NCBI GenBank assembly: GCA_963665115.1 | Contig: OY762007.1 | Location: 3,776,001-3,840,000, forward strand | Length of the DNA: 64,000 nt | Direction: 5' to 3' | Source: an uncultured Rivularia sp. | Lineage (GTDB): Bacteria > Cyanobacteriota > Cyanobacteriia > Cyanobacteriales > Nostocaceae | In this document: positions 55,128-64,000 of the stretch, one piece after another | Position numbering within the stretch: the stretch's first letter is position 1 | Layout of the letters: every line of letters starts with the position of its first letter | Made by a program: the position numbers and the translations under genes | Notes under the pieces: model-generated | The model's input: the letters and a program-made list of their open reading frames with translations, nothing else | Told to the model about the DNA's origin: nothing | Databases searched by the model: none

Positions 55128-55838
55128 CTAAACCATCTTCATGTCGCGTAAAGCGTTTGTATCAACTCGGATGGATGGCCCCATCGTGGCAGATACATAA
55201 ACAGTACGCCAGTAGCGACCTTTTGCTCCGGAAGGACGGTTACGGTCAATGCTTTCCTGTAACGCCTTCAAATTGATCAATAAGTCTTCCGGGGAGAAAG
55301 AAGCCTTACCAAACATTATATGAACTATTCCTGTACGGTCGGCTCGGTATTCTAATTTACCAGCTTTGAATTGCTCAATTGCTCCTGCGAGGTCGGTTGT
55401 CACGGTTCCACCTTTAGGCGATGGCATCAAACCACGAGGACCTAATAATTTACCGAGCTTTGCTACCTGCGGCATCACATCGGGTGTAGCGATCAATTTG
55501 TCGAAATCCATTCTTCCTTGCTGAATTTCGGTAATTAATTCTTCCGAACCTACTACATCAGCACCGGCGTTAGTTGCTTCTGCTACTTTTTCGCCTCGTG
55601 CAATTACTGCCACTCTAATGGTTTGTCCGGTTCCCTTTGGCAGTACTACTGTTGTCCGCAATTGCTGGTCTGTATACTTGGGGTCAATTCCCAAACGAAT
55701 ATGCGCTTCTGCTGCTTCGGGAAACTTTGCTGTTGCCGTATCTTTGAGCAAACCTAAAGCTTCTATCGGTTCGTAGTCTTTATCTTCGACTTTTTCCAGC
55801 AGCGTCTTCATGCGACGCGATAATTTATTATTTGCCAT
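55128..55838 (-). CDS. rplA: 50S ribosomal protein L1
   Basis: [11 protein letters not shown] and SATMGP motifs. Confidence 0.97.
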   Translation of the reverse strand: MANNKLSRRMKTLLEKVEDKDYEPIEALGLLKDTATAKFPEAAEAHIRLGIDPKYTDQQLRTTVVLPKGTGQTIRVAVIARGEKVAEATNAGADVVGSEELITEIQQGRMDFDKLIATPDVMPQVAKLGKLLGPRGLMPSPKGGTVTTDLAGAIEQFKAGKLEYRADRTGIVHIMFGKASFSPEDLLINLKALQESIDRNRPSGAKGRYWRTVYVSATMGPSIRVDTNALRDMKMV

Positions 55839-55977
55839 GTTTTCTCCTGGGGTAATTGACGAGATTGATTCTCTCCCCCAATTAATTTTTGTTGGTTGTT
55901 GGTTGTTGGTTGTTAGTTATTAGTTGTTAGTTGTTAGTTGTTAATTCTTAACTCATAACTCATAACTCATAACTGAA

Positions 55978-56403
55978 TTAGTCACTTACCGTTACGCCCA
56001 TATTACGAGCGGTACCCGCAATGATTTTCATCGCCGCTTCGATGTCGTTGGCGTTCAAATCGGGCATTTTTGTTTCAGCGATTTCTCGCAATTGGTCTTT
56101 TGTGATCGAACCAACTTTAACTTTTCTCGGTTCGGCCGAACCTTTTTCAATTTTGGCTGCTTTGGTAATTAAGACCGATGCAGGAGGAGTTTTTAAGATA
56201 AATGTAAAACTCCGGTCTTCAAAAACCGAAATTTCTACAGGAATCACCGTTCCAGCTTTATCTGCTGTCTTGGCGTTGTACTCCTTACAGAACATCATGA
56301 TATTAACGCCGTGCTGACCTAGAGCAGGTCCCACTGGCGGTGCTGGGTTGGCTTTTCCAGCTTGCAGAGCCAGTTTAATAATCGCTGTTACTTTCTTCGC
56401 CAT
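55978..56403 (-). CDS. rplK: 50S ribosomal protein L11
   Basis: [17 protein letters not shown]. Confidence 0.98.
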   Translation of the reverse strand: MAKKVTAIIKLALQAGKANPAPPVGPALGQHGVNIMMFCKEYNAKTADKAGTVIPVEISVFEDRSFTFILKTPPASVLITKAAKIEKGSAEPRKVKVGSITKDQLREIAETKMPDLNANDIEAAMKIIAGTARNMGVTVSD

Positions 56404-56409
56404 TTCTTA

Positions 56410-57057
56410 CTAGCTTTGTTTCTGTACTTGATCAAATTCCAATTCTACTGGCGTGTCTCTTCCGAAAATCGAAAGCGATGCTTTGAGTTTACTTCTTTCT
56501 GGACTGACTTCGATAACTTCACCTTCAAAATCTTTAAACGGACCTGAAAGCACGACTATCTTATCACCAGTCGCCATATCAATTTTCACTACTGGCTCTT
56601 GTTCGGCAGCCTGTTGTTTGAAGATTCTTTCTACTTCACTATGAGAAAGCGGCAACGGTTTTACGTGTCCGCGCCCTCTACCAGTACCGCGCTTTTGTTC
56701 TGCTCCTACGAAGTTGATTACATGGGGAGTGTTTCTCACTACCTGCCAGATATCATCTTCCATTTGCATTTTTACGAGTACATAGCCAGGAAATACCTTC
56801 TCGTCTGTACTATAGCGACTGCCGTCTTTACGAATCTTAACTGTTGGCGTGTGTGGAATTTCGACTTGGATAATTTTATCAGCGACATCAAAAGTTTGAA
56901 TACGCTGCTCCAAGTTGGTTTTTACACGCTTCTCGCAGCCAGAGGCTACTTGCACTGCAAACCAGCGGGCTGAGCGCACGCCGCCATCGTTTGATGGTGC
57001 ATCTACTTCCTCTGACTGCAACGGCGAATTACGATCTTCGTCTGTTGCAGAATTCAT
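56410..57057 (-). CDS. nusG: Transcription factor NusG
   Basis: FPGYVLV, GPFKDFEG and IFGRDTPVEL motifs; ATGA overlap with secE. Confidence 0.96.
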   Translation of the reverse strand: MNSATDEDRNSPLQSEEVDAPSNDGGVRSARWFAVQVASGCEKRVKTNLEQRIQTFDVADKIIQVEIPHTPTVKIRKDGSRYSTDEKVFPGYVLVKMQMEDDIWQVVRNTPHVINFVGAEQKRGTGRGRGHVKPLPLSHSEVERIFKQQAAEQEPVVKIDMATGDKIVVLSGPFKDFEGEVIEVSPERSKLKASLSIFGRDTPVELEFDQVQKQS

Positions 57058-57278
57058 TTGAATATTACTGTTGCTGCCCAAGCAAAGAATTTATCTACGA
57101 AAAATATTAATGTAGCGGAAAGAGTTACCATCAACAGCACCGCTGCGGATTCACTGACGAGCTGTTTGCGACTTGGCCAAACGACTTTTTCAAACTCTTC
57201 TCTAGTCCCTTTAAAGAAGTTGCTGAGACTAAACCCGCTATTTAATTCTTGTATTTGTGCTTCGTTCTTTTTGGCCAC
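57054..57278 (-). CDS. secE: Preprotein translocase subunit SecE
   Basis: EFEKVVWPSRKQL and one transmembrane helix. Confidence 0.95.
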   Translation of the reverse strand: MAKKNEAQIQELNSGFSLSNFFKGTREEFEKVVWPSRKQLVSESAAVLLMVTLSATLIFFVDKFFAWAATVIFK

Positions 57279-57477
57279 GGTATGAAACTCTCCCCCTATC
57301 CTTACTTGTATTGGCGTTGTTCTCCATTAATAGTAACAGCTTTAAATAGAACCAATATTTATAAGTAAAATATATAAAGTTAAAGCTGCTATAAAAACAA
57401 AATCAACCCGAAACTATCAGTAAAACTGATTTTACAGTTATAACTGCAAAGCTTTCGGGCTGAATTTTATTTTAGAG

Positions 57478-57550
57478 CGCGCCCTGGAGGACTCGAACCC
57501 CCGACATTAGGTTTTGGAGACCTACGTTCTACCAACTGAACTAAGAGCGC
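57478..57550 (-). tRNA. trnW: tRNA-Trp(CCA)
   Basis: GCGCTCTTAGTTCAGTTGGTAGAACGTAGGTCT-CCA-AAACCTAATGTCGGGGGTTCGAGTCCTCCAGGGCGCG folds as a cloverleaf; usual position upstream of secE. Confidence 0.97.
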
Positions 57551-57703
57551 ACAAGCTTTTTTAATGACTGTTTTATCTCAGTCTTATATAGTCTAACGTA
57601 TGGAGTGACATTTGAGATCCATTTTTTATATAAATTAATGAACAGCGGCGATAGATGCCGCTATTACAATGATTTTCACGTTTAGGGTGAATAGTCATTT
57701 AAA

Positions 57704-58066
57704 TCATAATGAGCGGTCAAAACGCTGTTGAATACGAGTAGCTTTACCGATGCGCTTGCGTAGATAATAAAGTTTAGCGCGTCGTACTTTACCGCGACGC
57801 ATTACTTTAATGGTATCAATTCGGGGAGAATGGACGAGAAAAACCCGTTCAACGCCAACGCCTTGAAAGACTTTGCGAACCGTAATAGTTTCATTAATGC
57901 CACCATTACGCATGGCGATTACAACTCCTTCGTAGGGTTGAACGCGAAATTTTTCACCTTCTTTGATTTTTACTCCAACTCTAACGGTATCACCTACGTA
58001 AATTAATGGTAGGTCTGTTTTGAGTTGTTCCGTTTCTATATCACGGATTATCTGCTGTACGTTCAT
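57704..58066 (-). CDS. rplS: 50S ribosomal protein L19
   Basis: GVGVERVF and [12 protein letters not shown] motifs. Confidence 0.97.
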   Translation of the reverse strand: MNVQQIIRDIETEQLKTDLPLIYVGDTVRVGVKIKEGEKFRVQPYEGVVIAMRNGGINETITVRKVFQGVGVERVFLVHSPRIDTIKVMRRGKVRRAKLYYLRKRIGKATRIQQRFDRSL

Positions 58067-58314
58067 GTCAAATTCTCTAAAAGTTTGCAAGCCCCATACT
58101 TTAAAGTCAGGGATTAAGAAACGAGTCGCCGATTTTAGTGCTAGTCGTTATGGGTTGTATTCAAATCTCACAATCGCTAATAATAAATCAATATAGATGT
58201 TTTAGTCCACTTATTTAAGACAATTATTTTAGATATTGCCAGAATTTTCTGTATGAAGCAGAATTTATTTTTATGTTCGGTAGTTCGTAGGGCCGTATTT
58301 AGAGTATTGAGTGT

Positions 58315-59292
58315 ATGAAATTTAGCGTTGTGATTACAACCTATAACCGTTTAGATTTACTTAAACGAGCAATTAACTCTGCCCTTAACCAAACTCTTGA
58401 GTGCGAAGTGATTGTTGCTGATGATTGTTCTTCTGACGGTACTGATGAATACGTAACGAGTTTTAAGAAACAGCTACCAGTAGAACAACAGCAGCGATTA
58501 GTTTACCTTTGCAATTGTACCAATTCCGGTCATGCTGCGACGGTAAATGCTGGGGTTTCTAAAGCTAAAGGGGAGTGGATTAAATTTTTAGATGATGACG
58601 ATTATCTGGCTCCCAATTGTCTGGAGGAAATGCTTTGCGCGATCGCACTTCGTGAAAATGCCGCAATCTGTTCTTGTGTGGCGGCTCAGGTTAATGATTC
58701 AGAGGTTGAAGTCAGTCGTACATCTGTATTAGGTCCCGGTGAAGCTTTTTATATTCCTCAAGCGGATATCCATTACGGTATGCTTCTGGAAAGATTACCA
58801 TTTGGTACGCCAGTTCAAGTAGCTTGTACTCGCGAAGCTTTCTTAAAAAGCGGTGGATGGGATACAAAATTAACTGGCTGCGATGATATTGATTCTTGGA
58901 TTCGTATTGCCCAGTTTGGAGATGCTATTTTCTTAAATCAATGTTTAGCTTACCGAACAATTTGGTCTGGAGGATACGATCAAAAAATCTATCTAAAAAA
59001 GCGTTTAAATACTAATATCTCAATGAAAGAGAAGATTTACGCTTTAGTTAACGAACAGCACCGCTCCGAAATTCCAGCTTTAGACGATATCAAAGGTTAC
59101 TTGAAACTGCATTGGGCGTTAGTAGCATTAAAGCAGAAAAAGGTGAAAAACTTTCTCAAATTAGCCGACATTTCTGTTTTATCTTTAACTGCTTGGAGAC
59201 TTCTACTCGCTTCAGCCTTAGCACGTCGCGGAAACTTAAACAGTCCAAATTTACGTAAAATTGTCTTAATTGAATCATCTAAAAAAGACTGA
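58315..59292 (+). CDS. GT2 family glycosyltransferase
   Basis: SVVITTYNR, DDCSSDGT and FLDDDD motifs. Confidence 0.92.
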   Translation: MKFSVVITTYNRLDLLKRAINSALNQTLECEVIVADDCSSDGTDEYVTSFKKQLPVEQQQRLVYLCNCTNSGHAATVNAGVSKAKGEWIKFLDDDDYLAPNCLEEMLCAIALRENAAICSCVAAQVNDSEVEVSRTSVLGPGEAFYIPQADIHYGMLLERLPFGTPVQVACTREAFLKSGGWDTKLTGCDDIDSWIRIAQFGDAIFLNQCLAYRTIWSGGYDQKIYLKKRLNTNISMKEKIYALVNEQHRSEIPALDDIKGYLKLHWALVALKQKKVKNFLKLADISVLSLTAWRLLLASALARRGNLNSPNLRKIVLIESSKKD

Positions 59293-59336
59293 ATTTATTT
59301 TCGGTTATTTATGTTTATTTTAAAAATCATATTTAT

Positions 59337-59460
59337 GGTAATTGGTAATTGGTAATTGGTAATTGGTAATTGGTAATTGGGGATTGGGGATTGGTAATTG
59401 GTAATTGGTAATTGGTAATTGGTAATTGGTAATTGGTAATTGGTAATTGGTAATTGGTAA
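59337..59460. repeat. Long STRR tract of GGTAATT units with two GGGGATT variants
   Basis: About 17 tandem heptamers. Confidence 0.92.
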
Positions 59461-59697
59461 GTAGGTGAGCGTAATTAAATGTAAGTGTATTTTGTCATTG
59501 CGACGAGGTATTCGGTTGCAATCCCAACCGTTTTAAGCTTTTTAAATTTCTTTACATAGTTGGTTATATTTGTACCAACTGAGTTAATAGTTAATAGTTA
59601 TTAAAAAATATTTGTAGTGTTCGCATCTTGATCCCTTATTATTTTCTACATCTCTATATCTCATCCCCAATGCCCAATCCCCAATGCCCAATCCCAA

Positions 59698-62600
59698 TTA
59701 CCTATTACCCATTACCCGGATCAATTTTCCAGCAAACAAATCGTGTAACAAAATATAAAAACAAGGAATAACAAATAAGGTTAATAGTGTTGCTAAAGAT
59801 AACCCAGAAAACACTACTACACCCAAAGGTTGCAGAAATTCAGAACCTTCTCCGATTCCTAATGCCAAGGGAAACATACCTAAAACTGTAGTGATGGTTG
59901 TCATTAATACCGGACGCAAGCGTTGAGGTGCGGCTTGCAAAATTGCGCTTTTACGGTCAATACCTTTTTGTTCTTTAATTTGATTTGCTAACTCTACCAT
60001 AATGATGGCGTTGTTCACGACAATTCCCACCAGCAATACAGCACCAACTATAACCGTTGCACCAATGGCTGTTTGAGTAATATAAAGTCCGAGAATACCC
60101 CCAGCTAATGCCAAGGGAATTGTAAACATAATTACTAACGGATCTACGAGGGAATTGTACTGTACAGCCATAACCACAAATACTAGAAATGCGGCTAATC
60201 CTCCTAACAGTTTCAAAGAATCTTGCAGTTGCTCGTTAGCTTGTGATGCCGAACTTGGCAATACTGACACACCTGACGGTAAATCCAAAGTAGCGAGTAC
60301 CGAATTCACCTGTTTTGTCGCTTCGCTAAGGCTGACTCCTTCACTTAAATTTCCGGCAATAATATAAACTTGACGCTGGTTAATCCGCTGAATTTCTCCA
60401 GGTGCTTCACCGTCTACAATTTCGGCAACATCACTCAAACGTACTTGACGATTATTATCAACAAACAAAGGTAATCTTGCCAGTTCTGAAGAAGATTTTA
60501 TCGAGTCTTCACTCAACTGCACTCGTATATCTACCAAACGGTTATCGCGCTGTAACTGAGTGGGAATACTACCTTCAATAGCTGTTTGAATTGTGTCGCC
60601 AATTTGTTGAGCGGTTAATCCTACGGCTGCAACTCTTTCCCAATTAGGAAGAATTTGAATTTCTGGTTGACGGGGATCGGCATCGGGACGAAATCTAGCT
60701 AAAGGAACTTGCTCTTCCACTGCTGCCAATACTTGTTTTCCGGCTTCTTCTAAAGATTGAGAATCGTTACCTTGCAAAATAATATCAACATCTGCACCGC
60801 GCACGGGAGAGTTACTTAGTATCAAACCCCGCACTGCACCGGGACTGATACGCAGACGAATTCCGGCTAAGTTGAGCTTCTCAAATTCGGCATCAACTTT
60901 TTCGACATAAGCTTCTATATCGGTACCGGGTTTTAAGGTAATCGTACTCGAACCCCGTAATGGGTTTTCGCTAGTGCTAGTACCAAATAGAAAACCGCCA
61001 GATGTGGTGAAAACGTATTCGGTTTCTGGCTGTTTGAGCAGAATATCATCTACCGCAGCCATAACTTTTTGGTTTGTTTCTAATGGTGTACCGGGAGGAA
61101 ACTGAGCAAATAATCTGGCTTGTCCGGTACTGATACGCGGTAAAATTTCTTGAGGTATTTGGGGAATCATCCACAAACTACTTCCACCAAAAATCAGGAT
61201 AGCCAACCCAATTGCTAACAATCGAAAACGCAGCACTTTCCCTAAAAAATTAGCGTATCCTCTCGTAGCGGCTTCAAAACGGCGATTAAACTGGCGTAGC
61301 AGCCAAAATTCATGCAAATTACTCGACCATTTCCAAGCTAATAACCGAGATGTCATCATCGGTACAACTGTGATTGCAATTAAAATAGAAGCCGCAATCG
61401 AAAAGCTAATTGTCAGAATTAATTCGTTGAATAGCAGGGAAATAAAGCCACCAATCAATACAAATGGCAATACTGCAACTAAGTTTGTACTTGTGGAAGC
61501 AATCAATGCTGATTCGACTTCCCGACTACTTTTTTCGGCTTGAGTAATAAGTTGATGGGGACTCAAACGGGTTTTTGTATTTTTACCGGGAGTCAGAAGC
61601 GCACCCTCGGCAATATTCTCCAACATGACGATAGAGTTATCAACAACAATCCCCACACCCAAAGCCAAACCACCCAAACTAAAAACGTTGAGGGATAAGC
61701 CAAATATTCCCATCAAAATAATTGCAGCCAGAGTAGCCAAAGGAATTGCCAGCACGATAATAATCGTTTGACGGATCGAACCAAGGAATAATAAGACAGC
61801 GATCGCCGCGAGCAAGGTGCCAATTAAACCGGAAGTTGTCACGTTAGATATAGAGTTACGGATAAATTTTGATTCATCCGAAGTCGTGGTAATTACTGTT
61901 CCTTCTGGAACTACACCGGATTGTTTTAGCTGTTCTAAACGCTTTTTGACATCATCTACAACGTTGATTGTATTGGCATCCGGTTGTTTCTGGACGCTGA
62001 GTTTTACTGCTTCTTTACCATTGAGCAAAACGAACACTCGCTGTTCTTCAGCACCATCTATAACTTGAGCAAAATCTCGCAGATAAACTCGTTGAGTTGG
62101 TGATGTGGTATCGGTAGAAGAAACTTCAAAGGAAAGATTTTTCAGTTCTTCAGCATCTTTAAAACGTCCGACAGTACGAATTAACGGTTCGGAATTTTCA
62201 CCAATAATTCTTCCCCCAGAAACGTCTTGGTTACGGTTTCTTAACTCATCAAGTACGTCATTTAAACCTACACCCAAAGCTTGCAGTCTATTTAAGTCAA
62301 TATTTACCCTAACTTCTTCTTGAACACCTCCCGATACATCTACAGACGCGACTCCAGGCACGACACCGAGTTCGCGAGCAAGTTCTTCTTCGGCAAATAC
62401 ACGCAAATCAACACCTTTTAAGGAAGGCGAAGTTAAAGCAAATTCGTAAACTGGTAATTGGGAAGGGTCAAACTTGAAAATACGCGGTGCTTCCAGAGTA
62501 TCTGGTAGACGGCTTCTGGCTCTGTTATATGCAGCTGTCGCATCATTAAGGGCTTGGTCAATATTCCCCCCCGGCTTAAAGTATAAATCTACACTTATTC

Positions 62601-62886
62601 TTCCTTCACGAGTTTGAGAAAATACCTGAATCACACCTTCTGTAGCTGCAAAAGCTGATTCCAATGGTCTGGTAATTTCATCAACTCCTACCTGTGGAGA
62701 AATTCCCGGTGCTTCCAAACGTGCGCCAATTCGGGGATAGGTAATTGATGGGAGTAAATCAACTGGTAATCTCAGGATGAAAAAGACACCTAAAATTACT
62801 ACCGTCAGCGTCAGCATCAGCGTACCAATATGCTGGCGGATCGAAACACCACTTATACTAAATCCGTTTTGCTTAACCTGCTGCAT
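59698..62886 (-). CDS. RND efflux permease (AcrB/AcrD/AcrF family)
   Basis: LPVDLLP, GIVVDNSIV, GIVVNNAI and RLRPVLMT motifs. Confidence 0.94.
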   Translation of the reverse strand: MQQVKQNGFSISGVSIRQHIGTLMLTLTVVILGVFFILRLPVDLLPSITYPRIGARLEAPGISPQVGVDEITRPLESAFAATEGVIQVFSQTREGRISVDLYFKPGGNIDQALNDATAAYNRARSRLPDTLEAPRIFKFDPSQLPVYEFALTSPSLKGVDLRVFAEEELARELGVVPGVASVDVSGGVQEEVRVNIDLNRLQALGVGLNDVLDELRNRNQDVSGGRIIGENSEPLIRTVGRFKDAEELKNLSFEVSSTDTTSPTQRVYLRDFAQVIDGAEEQRVFVLLNGKEAVKLSVQKQPDANTINVVDDVKKRLEQLKQSGVVPEGTVITTTSDESKFIRNSISNVTTSGLIGTLLAAIAVLLFLGSIRQTIIIVLAIPLATLAAIILMGIFGLSLNVFSLGGLALGVGIVVDNSIVMLENIAEGALLTPGKNTKTRLSPHQLITQAEKSSREVESALIASTSTNLVAVLPFVLIGGFISLLFNELILTISFSIAASILIAITVVPMMTSRLLAWKWSSNLHEFWLLRQFNRRFEAATRGYANFLGKVLRFRLLAIGLAILIFGGSSLWMIPQIPQEILPRISTGQARLFAQFPPGTPLETNQKVMAAVDDILLKQPETEYVFTTSGGFLFGTSTSENPLRGSSTITLKPGTDIEAYVEKVDAEFEKLNLAGIRLRISPGAVRGLILSNSPVRGADVDIILQGNDSQSLEEAGKQVLAAVEEQVPLARFRPDADPRQPEIQILPNWERVAAVGLTAQQIGDTIQTAIEGSIPTQLQRDNRLVDIRVQLSEDSIKSSSELARLPLFVDNNRQVRLSDVAEIVDGEAPGEIQRINQRQVYIIAGNLSEGVSLSEATKQVNSVLATLDLPSGVSVLPSSASQANEQLQDSLKLLGGLAAFLVFVVMAVQYNSLVDPLVIMFTIPLALAGGILGLYITQTAIGATVIVGAVLLVGIVVNNAIIMVELANQIKEQKGIDRKSAILQAAPQRLRPVLMTTITTVLGMFPLALGIGEGSEFLQPLGVVVFSGLSLATLLTLFVIPCFYILLHDLFAGKLIRVMGNR

Positions 62887-62940
62887 ATTTTCAAAAGGGA
62901 ATTGATAATTGATAATTGGTAATTGATAATTGATAACTGC

Positions 62941-64000
62941 TTATTCGGTTTTTTCTGAAAGTATCGAAAGACGTACAGTTGCACCATCTTTTAACGGCTC
63001 TCCGCTACGAGCCACAAATCTTTCCCCAGCTTGCAATCCAGATAAAATTTCTACTTTGCCATCAACATTTTTGCCAATTTTTACTTCTCTAGCTGACACT
63101 GTAGGTTTTTCTGAGGAATTTAAAACAAATATTTTACCTCGATCGTTTGGCTGGGAATTTTCTTCGCTACTACTTTTTCTGTCTTTTTGTAAGGCTGATT
63201 CAGGTATTACTATATTTGCTTGTTCTTGGGATGTGAAATTAACTCTTGCTAATAAACCGCTACCAATCCCATCTTGATTGGGAATAATTACTTCTACTGG
63301 TACAAGTCGAGCTGTTGGATCGGCGGCTGGAGAAATACGAGAAACTGTTCCGGAGTATGTTTGGTTGGGGAAAGCATCTAAACGCACTTGTACGGATTGC
63401 CCAACTCGGATTTTTGCTAATTCTAATTCCGAAACTTGAACTTCGACTTTGACGCGATTGAAGTCACCTATTTTTAATAGTTCATTCCCAGGTTGGAGAA
63501 GATTCCCCGGTTCCGTTACTCTCGCCAGAATTACCCCAGAAATTGGCGATATTAATCTTGCATAAGAGCGTTTTTCTACAGCTTCTGCAACTACCGCTTG
63601 TTGAGCTACAATTCTACCTTGAGCCGCAGCTAGGGATTGCTGTTCGACTTGAACGCTTTCTTGAGCAGCACGAAGTACTTGAGCCGCAGTTTGCGCTTCT
63701 GTAAGTGCTTGTTCGGCTGCTTGTTTGGCGATCGCCCCTTGCTGTGCGAGTTTCTGCTGTCTTTGGGAATCTGCTTGTTTTTGTTGGAGTTGCAACCGCG
63801 TTCTTTCTACTTCTACACGAGCATTGCTTATCTGAGCGTTGATGCGTGCAACTTCCGATTTCAGAGATGCTAATTCTGCTTCTGCTTGATTTATTGCCGT
63901 TTTCAATAGAGCATCATCAATTTGTCCAATGATTTGCCCTTTGTTAACCGTATCTCCTATATCAACATTTAATGCTAAAAGTCTTCCTTCAACTTGCGAA
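62941..64000 (-). CDS. RND periplasmic adaptor (MFP); 5' end lies outside the window
   Basis: Coiled-coil hairpin; SPISGVI and VEILSGLQAGE motifs; frame is open to the window edge. Confidence 0.9.
   Translation of the reverse strand, partial: SQVEGRLLALNVDIGDTVNKGQIIGQIDDALLKTAINQAEAELASLKSEVARINAQISNARVEVERTRLQLQQKQADSQRQQKLAQQGAIAKQAAEQALTEAQTAAQVLRAAQESVQVEQQSLAAAQGRIVAQQAVVAEAVEKRSYARLISPISGVILARVTEPGNLLQPGNELLKIGDFNRVKVEVQVSELELAKIRVGQSVQVRLDAFPNQTYSGTVSRISPAADPTARLVPVEVIIPNQDGIGSGLLARVNFTSQEQANIVIPESALQKDRKSSSEENSQPNDRGKIFVLNSSEKPTVSAREVKIGKNVDGKVEILSGLQAGERFVARSGEPLKDGATVRLSILSEKTE

Larger units (their letters stand above)
4294..63735. repeat. Dispersed HIP1 octamers GCGATCGC
   Basis: More than 20 copies seen by eye, e.g. 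at 4294, 10347, 22051, 28396, 29218 and 63728. Confidence 0.9.

Noticed and set aside
57478..57550. tRNA-Trp as an integration site
   Set aside because: No duplicated 3' end or integrase; flanked by core genes
59337..59460. Repeat tract as a possible CRISPR array
   Set aside because: Contiguous 7-mers without spacers; an ordinary STRR, and no cas genes are in the window

Overview
64-kb chromosomal window of an AT-rich, heterocyst-forming cyanobacterium (Nostocales). Support: hetC/hetP, many HIP1 GCGATCGC octamers, and 7-mer short tandem repeats (STRR). In order: a heterocyst locus (hetC, a HetR-type palindrome, an unrecognised 204-aa ORF, hetP); GH116, hisD, DUF760, a group-2 sigma factor and carB; an iron/oxidative-stress cluster (dps, Asr1405 family, 2Fe-2S protein); a MITE-interrupted pseudogene; DUF389, rsmE and a TPR protein; an accessory block (DUF3140/DUF2945, an S41 peptidase lacking its expected catalytic Ser, a 1304-aa LRV/HEAT protein, a tandem NuiA-like protein, an M28 peptidase); a dnaK3-type dnaK with dnaJ genes; uppS, cdaA, lysA, rimI and clpC; a signalling block (orphan sugar-binding lipoprotein, WD40 kinase, NB-ARC protein, second kinase); the rplL-rplJ-rplA-rplK-nusG-secE-trnW-rplS cluster; a GT2 glycosyltransferase; and an RND efflux pair. 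Four genes carry +1 homopolymer frameshifts that are probably sequencing errors. Best leads: the ORF between the HetR box and hetP, a HetC with degenerate ATPase motifs, the pseudo-peptidase/LRV/double-NuiA block, the NB-ARC plus WD40-kinase module, structured leaders before hisD and carB, and an L10 with four L12-binding segments. All family calls come from motif recognition by eye; no searches were run.
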